From Candidatus Hydrogenedentota bacterium (lineage in GTDB: Bacteria > Hydrogenedentota > Hydrogenedentia > Hydrogenedentales > SLHB01): a stretch of DNA of 64,000 bases. This document shows, piece after piece, positions 58,741-64,000 of this stretch. Every line of letters begins with the position of its first letter. The first letter of the stretch is position 1. Where the stretch lies: contig CAXXYE010000009.1 in assembly GCA_963674865.2 (NCBI GenBank), forward strand, positions 1,440,001 through 1,504,000. Direction: 5' to 3'. A program made the position numbers and the translations under genes. The notes below the pieces were generated by a model, which worked only from the letters and a program-made list of their open reading frames with translations, was not told the origin of the DNA and did no database searches.

Positions 58741-59538
58741 ATGCGCCGACTTGGCATCTTCTGCTGGTTTGGTTATGACATTCCCCTTGAGATTCGCCTA
58801 TCTCTGATCAAGGAAGCCGGTTTTCGGACAACCTGTTTGTGGCTAGGACCTGAAGAGGAGCTGGTTGGCCAAGGCCGTGCCGCCTTGATGCCCGACCTTG
58901 CGCGGCAGGCGGGCTTGTCCGTTGACAACGTCCACGCAACGTGCGCCGACTGCAACCACCTCTGGGACGAGTCGGACGGCGACGCACAAGCGGCGCTCTC
59001 GGCGTATGAAGATGCGCTCAGATTCTGCAAGGATCACCGCATCGGCACATGTGTCGTGCACCTCACCAAGGGGCGAACGCTTCCCCGGATGACCCAGAGC
59101 GGCTTGCGGCGTATCGACGAGTTGGTTAGGCACGCGGCGGCACTGGACGTGACACTTGCCATCGAGAACATGCTCGGGCCCGAGCACATCGACCTCGTGC
59201 TGTCCAACATCTGCTCACCTCACCTTGGATTGTGCTATGACTCATCGCATGATTTCCTACAGGGCATGACACGAAGCGCGCTCCTACAGAAATGGGGGGG
59301 GCGGCTCGTCACGACGCATTTCTCGGACAACCATGGCGAGCATGACGACCACCTCTTGCCCGGCGACGGTACGATTAACTGGAATGCTCTAACCAAGAAG
59401 TTCCCCGCCAAGACGTACTCCGGCCCCATCATGCTTGAGGTCCAGGCGAAACAGGCCCATCTGTCACCGGAGGAGTTTCTGCGTTTGGCTCACGAGCGGG
59501 CCAAGCAATTGGAGAGGCTTCTTACCGCATCTCGGTAG
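58741..59538 (+). CDS. Sugar phosphate isomerase/epimerase (AP endonuclease 2 TIM barrel)
   Basis: LAIEN, CYDSSH, THFSDNHGEHDDHLLPGDG, MLEV. Confidence 0.88.
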   Translation: MRRLGIFCWFGYDIPLEIRLSLIKEAGFRTTCLWLGPEEELVGQGRAALMPDLARQAGLSVDNVHATCADCNHLWDESDGDAQAALSAYEDALRFCKDHRIGTCVVHLTKGRTLPRMTQSGLRRIDELVRHAAALDVTLAIENMLGPEHIDLVLSNICSPHLGLCYDSSHDFLQGMTRSALLQKWGGRLVTTHFSDNHGEHDDHLLPGDGTINWNALTKKFPAKTYSGPIMLEVQAKQAHLSPEEFLRLAHERAKQLERLLTASR

Positions 59539-59744
59539 GCCGCATTCCTTCGCTGCCGCACACGCTGGCAATGGGCAGGGCCGCGGTTGGCTTCTGAAAG
59601 AGACTCCTCGTGTAAGCTATTGGTAGGACTGTGTTTGTTTGTTGTCTTCGGCCTCTAACCTTGCTTTATTCCTCCGGGCCTCGTACACTGCCCGCAAGAG
59701 TTCTTCGACCGTTCTTGTTGAGTCACCAAAACGGAGCCCATGGC

Positions 59745-62700
59745 ATGAAATTCCTCCTCACAAGTAAGCTCCTCCGCATCTCGGCTCTACTGACGCTTGC
59801 CATTGCCCTCTGCTCGTGCAGTCACCTGCCGATGCGCCTTCCCGGTGCGCCGGGAGCCCCTGAAAACCTTCGGGCCGAATATCAGGCCAATCCACTTGGC
59901 CTGGAGGCCGCCGCGCCCCGATTCTCGTGGGAGGTGAGTGACTTACGGCGGGGCGCGGTGCAGACGGCCTATCAGATCATCGTGAGCCACGACGGGAAGC
60001 GCCTCTGGAGCAGCGGCAAAGTCGAAAGCGATCAGTCGATTCAGGTGGCTTACGCCGGCCCGTCCCTCGAATCGGCCCAGCGCTATGTCTGGCGCGTGCG
60101 GACATGGGATCGCCATGGCGTGGTGTCCCCCTATTCGGCCCCAGCCTTCTGGGAAATGGGCTTGTTGAAACCGGATGACTGGACGGCAAGCTGGATCGAG
60201 GTGCCGGAGCGTCGAACAGAGAAACACGAGGTGCCCCTCGGCTCCTGGATTTGGTGTCCGGAGTCCGCCAATGGAGGGGAATACGCCTTCTTTCTCAAGA
60301 CCTTCAGGCCGCGAGACGGCAAGAAACTCGTGAAGGCGTTGGTGAAGGTCACTGCCGACGACGAATTTCGCCTCAATATCAACGGACGGCTGGCCACACG
60401 GAATAAGAACTGGCGCACGCTGACCTTCGAGAATGTCACGGACCACCTGGGCCCCGGCTCGAACCTCATCGCGGTGCAAACGCGCGATATTGGGGGGGAT
60501 CGCGGCTTTCTCTTCGGAATGAAGGTCACTTACGAGGACGGCACGGTCGACACGCTCTTGTCCGATGACACATGGCTGAGCAGCGCGAAGGCCGGTGCGG
60601 GATGGGAACGCCCCGGCTATGACGCCTCCTCTTGGGAGCAGGCTGCCATCATCGCCGAGTACGGTGCGGAGCCCTGGGGCCTCGTCGAGGATCGTGAGCC
60701 GCCGAGGTCCGAGTGCTTGCGCAAGGAATTCGACGTTTCGTCAGGCGAAGTCCTGTCGGCCCGAGCCTATGTGAGCGGCTTGGGACTTTACGAGCTTCGG
60801 ATGAACGGCCAGCGCGTCGGGGGCGATACCTTGACGCCGGGCTGGACCCACTTCCCGACGCGCGTTCAGTATCAGACGTACGACGTGACGGACCTGGTGC
60901 GTCAGGGCCACAACGCGGTGGGCGCGGTTCTTGGCAGCGGGTGGTGGGGCAGCAGGATGGCGGGCGACTGGCGCGATTCCAGGCCTCGGCTCATTTGTCA
61001 GATCGACATAGCCTATGCCGGTGGCCGGACGCAACGCATTCTGACGGACGGGACATGGACCGCCCATCCCTCGCCGATCTTGGAAAACTCCCTGTACCAC
61101 GGGGAAATCTACGACGCACGGCTCGAGCAGGCTGGTTGGGATCTGCCCGGCTTTGACGATAGCGCTTGGTCGCGCGTAACACCCTTTGCTGGAGACTCGG
61201 GCCGTCTGGTGGCCCAGGCCTGCCCGCCGATCCGAGTGACGAAGCAGCTCGAAGCCGGTGCCGTAACTGAACCAAGCCCAGGGGTTTATGTTTTCGACTT
61301 CGGGCAGAACCATGCCGGGCGGTGCAGGTTGAGCGTCGCGGGACCAAGGGGGACGCATGTCAGAATCCGTCACGCCGAGATCCTGAATCCCGATGGCACC
61401 ATCTACACGGAGAACTACCGAAGTGCTCGGGTGACCGACACCTACATTCTCAAAGGCGACGGGCTAGAAGTCTACGAGCCCTGCTTCACCTACCGCGGAT
61501 TCCGCTACGCTGAAGTCACCGGCTACCCGGGCGTGCCCGCCCGAGACGCGCTTGTGTCACAGGTGCTGCACAGCAGTGTTGCGCCCGCGGGCTCGTTCAC
61601 ATGCTCCGACACGCTTATCAACCAGATCCAGCACAACACCATCTGGGGGCAGTTATCGAACCTTCATTCCGTGCCGACGGACTGCCCTCAGCGCGATGAG
61701 CGCCTTGGCTGGACGGGCGACGCCCAGATCTTCGCCCCAACCGCCTGTTGGAACATGGATATGGCCCGTTTCTTCACCAAATGGATGCGCGATATCACCG
61801 ATTCCCAGGATCCGGATGGAACAGTCAAGAACATTAATCCGACACTCATCAGTAAGCCCGCCTCCCCTGGCTGGGGGGACGCGATAACGGTTATTCCCTG
61901 GACGGTTTACACCTTCTACGGAGATACCCGCGTTATTGAGGAGAGCTATGAGGGGATGAAGGGTTGGGTCGAGTACATGCGCCGCGCCGCGGTGGACGGC
62001 GTCCTGTATGAACGGGAAGGGTACAGCGATTGGGTGGCGGTCGTGCCCTCACCCCGAAAGCCCATCGGGGCAGCCTACTATTACTACTCCACGAAGTTGC
62101 TGGCGCGTATGGCCCGCGCCGTTGGCCGCGACGACGACGCGCGCGAGTACGATGACCTGGCCGGCCGTATCGCGGGAGCTTTCAACAAGGCCTATCTCGG
62201 CGAGGATGATAATTACCCGCAGGCTACCCAGACGGCGAATATTCTGCCGTTACACTTCGGAATCGTGCCCCCGGCGCACCGGGCCGGCGTCGTTGCCAAC
62301 CTTGTCAAGGACATTTCCGAGCGCGATTTCCACCTGTCCACGGGCTTTCTGGGGACGCCGTACCTTCTTGGCACGTTGTCTGAAAACGGCGCCCACGATG
62401 TGGCGTGGCGTGTCGCATGCCAGAGGACCTATCCCTCGTGGGGATACATGGTGGATAACGGCGCCACCACCATCTGGGAGCGGTGGAACGGCAACCGGAT
62501 TGACGAAGTGGGTGCCGGGATGAACTCCTTCAACCACTTCGCCTTTGGGGCCGTTGGCCAATGGTTCTACGAAGCCCTGGCCGGTATCAACCCGGATCCC
62601 GAAAGTCCCGGATTCAAGCACTTCATCGTTCGACCGCGCCCGGCCGAAGGGCTCTCCTCGGCCTCGGCGACCTTCAAGTCAATGCATGGCCTTATTGAGT

Positions 62701-62924
62701 CCGCCTGGACTCTTGATGGCGCCGTCTTTGTCCTGGACCTGCTCATTCCGGCCAATACCTCGGCGACGGTGTGCATCCCCACCGGCAAGCCCGACAGCGT
62801 GCTTGAAGGAGAGCAGGCTGCATCTGAAGCTTATGGCGTGGCCTATCTCGATTATTGCCAAGGGTTTGCGGTATTCGATGTGGGCGCCGGAAGCTACCAT
62901 TTTCAGGCCTCTTTCGGAGACTGA
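59745..62924 (+). CDS. Alpha-L-rhamnosidase (GH78), probable lipoprotein
   Basis: VFDFGQN, TYRGFRY, PTDCPQRDERLGWTGD, GATTIWERW, MNSFNH. Confidence 0.95.
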   Translation: MKFLLTSKLLRISALLTLAIALCSCSHLPMRLPGAPGAPENLRAEYQANPLGLEAAAPRFSWEVSDLRRGAVQTAYQIIVSHDGKRLWSSGKVESDQSIQVAYAGPSLESAQRYVWRVRTWDRHGVVSPYSAPAFWEMGLLKPDDWTASWIEVPERRTEKHEVPLGSWIWCPESANGGEYAFFLKTFRPRDGKKLVKALVKVTADDEFRLNINGRLATRNKNWRTLTFENVTDHLGPGSNLIAVQTRDIGGDRGFLFGMKVTYEDGTVDTLLSDDTWLSSAKAGAGWERPGYDASSWEQAAIIAEYGAEPWGLVEDREPPRSECLRKEFDVSSGEVLSARAYVSGLGLYELRMNGQRVGGDTLTPGWTHFPTRVQYQTYDVTDLVRQGHNAVGAVLGSGWWGSRMAGDWRDSRPRLICQIDIAYAGGRTQRILTDGTWTAHPSPILENSLYHGEIYDARLEQAGWDLPGFDDSAWSRVTPFAGDSGRLVAQACPPIRVTKQLEAGAVTEPSPGVYVFDFGQNHAGRCRLSVAGPRGTHVRIRHAEILNPDGTIYTENYRSARVTDTYILKGDGLEVYEPCFTYRGFRYAEVTGYPGVPARDALVSQVLHSSVAPAGSFTCSDTLINQIQHNTIWGQLSNLHSVPTDCPQRDERLGWTGDAQIFAPTACWNMDMARFFTKWMRDITDSQDPDGTVKNINPTLISKPASPGWGDAITVIPWTVYTFYGDTRVIEESYEGMKGWVEYMRRAAVDGVLYEREGYSDWVAVVPSPRKPIGAAYYYYSTKLLARMARAVGRDDDAREYDDLAGRIAGAFNKAYLGEDDNYPQATQTANILPLHFGIVPPAHRAGVVANLVKDISERDFHLSTGFLGTPYLLGTLSENGAHDVAWRVACQRTYPSWGYMVDNGATTIWERWNGNRIDEVGAGMNSFNHFAFGAVGQWFYEALAGINPDPESPGFKHFIVRPRPAEGLSSASATFKSMHGLIESAWTLDGAVFVLDLLIPANTSATVCIPTGKPDSVLEGEQAASEAYGVAYLDYCQGFAVFDVGAGSYHFQASFGD

Positions 62925-62956
62925 CGCTGATGACGTGCCTTGACGGCAAAAAAGAT

Positions 62957-62986
62957 GTGACGAACACCCGCCCTCGGTTGTATAAT
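62957..62986 (+). promoter_or_regulatory. Putative promoter of the small ORF at 63032
   Basis: GTGACG-18 bp-TATAAT; the -10 box is enclosed by the inverted repeat CCCTCGG/CCGAGGG. Confidence 0.5.
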
Positions 62987-63031
62987 TCAGCAGCCCGAGG
63001 GGCATTCTATTGACAAATTAGGAGGAAAACG

Positions 63032-63202
63032 ATGAAACATGTAAGTGGAATCACGAAGAACGTCCCTTCCAAGGCCTGCGTCGAAGACCATCCTGGCCTT
63101 ATCGACAGCATCACAGGCTTCCTGGCCGACCCGACTGGCGCGATTGACACGCACCTGGAGTACCTGACGGACAAGGTCACGGGCGACAAGGAAGAGGCCT
63201 AG
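63032..63202 (+). CDS. Small hypothetical protein (56 aa)
   Basis: Below the track cut-off; AGGAGG RBS; MKHVSGITKNVPSKACVEDHPGLIDSITGFLADPTGAIDTHLEYLTDKVTGDKEEA; GC-rich third codon positions. Confidence 0.8.
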   Translation: MKHVSGITKNVPSKACVEDHPGLIDSITGFLADPTGAIDTHLEYLTDKVTGDKEEA

Positions 63203-63354
63203 CCTCGGGACGTTCCTCGGCGGCCACGCGCGTGGCCGCTGCGAGAGGTCGGCCGGTACGAATCGACGGCTTCTCGGATAAACCTGATAGCAGAATTGGC
63301 GGAACACATGTTTCGTTGCTACGGCAACGGAGTGTCGTTCCGCCTTTCTCTTTC

Positions 63355-64000
63355 TTACCGCCGGTGTAACGTAAACGGCGTCGAGACTTTCAAGGGAATC
63401 CGGTCGTGCCGTGGCGTGTCCATCTCGGTGTATGAGAGAGGGAAGTGCGTCTTGGCGCCCTCACCGATGACGGTGATCTCGTGCGGTCCATCAGGTACAT
63501 CCGCCAAAGAGAGCACATAGGTTGTGCTCTGTAGGTCTTCGGCGATCTCTTTCCCATCCAGCATGAGTGTGTAGCTTGTGGGCGCCCTTCCTGCCACGGC
63601 CCAGCTCACTTGAAGTTCGTCGGTGGTAACCACTTGGCCGCGTTCGGGCGGCCAGACGGCCATAACGGCGTCTTCCGGGTCTTCCTGGTGGAAGATGCGG
63701 ACAAGCGCCTGGATTAGGTTTAGGTAGTAGAAACCCCACCCGCCCATGTCGCCGCGATAGCCGTCCGCCGTCAGAGACACCGGTTCGAGGTCATCGCTCA
63801 ACTCAACGCTATAACTGTCCACGTAGATGTCCTTCTTTGACCCGTAGCCGCGCCCTTCCCGCTGTCCCGCGAACTCGTTCCACTGGTGCAGGAGCGTGAA
63901 TCGCGGTCGAGTGCGCAGCGCGGTCTTGAACGATTCGATGAAGGTGGTTCCGCCCCGGCGCCCACGCGCTTCGGGATAGAGCCAGCCCCCGTGGCCGAAA
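63355..64000 (-). CDS. C-terminal part of a putative glycoside hydrolase-like protein (starts outside the window)
   Basis: Frame open to the window edge: ...LLHQWNEFAGQ...DSYSVELSDDLEP...GWGFYYLNL plus an Ig-like tail. Confidence 0.6.
   Translation of the reverse strand, partial: FGHGGWLYPEARGRRGGTTFIESFKTALRTRPRFTLLHQWNEFAGQREGRGYGSKKDIYVDSYSVELSDDLEPVSLTADGYRGDMGGWGFYYLNLIQALVRIFHQEDPEDAVMAVWPPERGQVVTTDELQVSWAVAGRAPTSYTLMLDGKEIAEDLQSTTYVLSLADVPDGPHEITVIGEGAKTHFPLSYTEMDTPRHDRIPLKVSTPFTLHRR

Overview
A high-GC bacterial chromosomal window. The gene content (ECF sigma factor fused to surface repeats, FGE-type lipoproteins, pilin-like C-terminal motifs, many glycoside hydrolases) suggests Ca. 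Hydrogenedentota or a PVC-like lineage, but this is inference only. Core part: tyrS, tRNA-Thr/Tyr/Gly/Thr, tuf, rpmG, tRNA-Trp, secE, nusG, rplK and rplA, followed directly by metK rather than rplJ-rplL-rpoB, then pap, tRNA-Cys and tRNA-Leu. Accessory part: recD2, a HEPN/MNT toxin-antitoxin pair, yihY, a sensor HD-GYP phosphodiesterase, a glycan-degradation cluster (GH20, GH2, unassigned GH, metallophosphoesterase-propeller), a P1B ATPase, a GH78 and a tandem array of three FGE/CLec-fold secreted proteins. The two most striking items are (1) a membrane protein joining a cytoplasmic PilZ (c-di-GMP receptor) domain to an extracytoplasmic L,D-transpeptidase, and (2) an encapsulin plus encapsulated-ferritin cassette with its own -10 box, sitting inside a metal ABC-importer operon whose binding protein has non-canonical metal ligands. 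No integrase, transposase, reverse transcriptase or CRISPR array was seen. Start codons were refined by eye from RBS position and gene overlaps.
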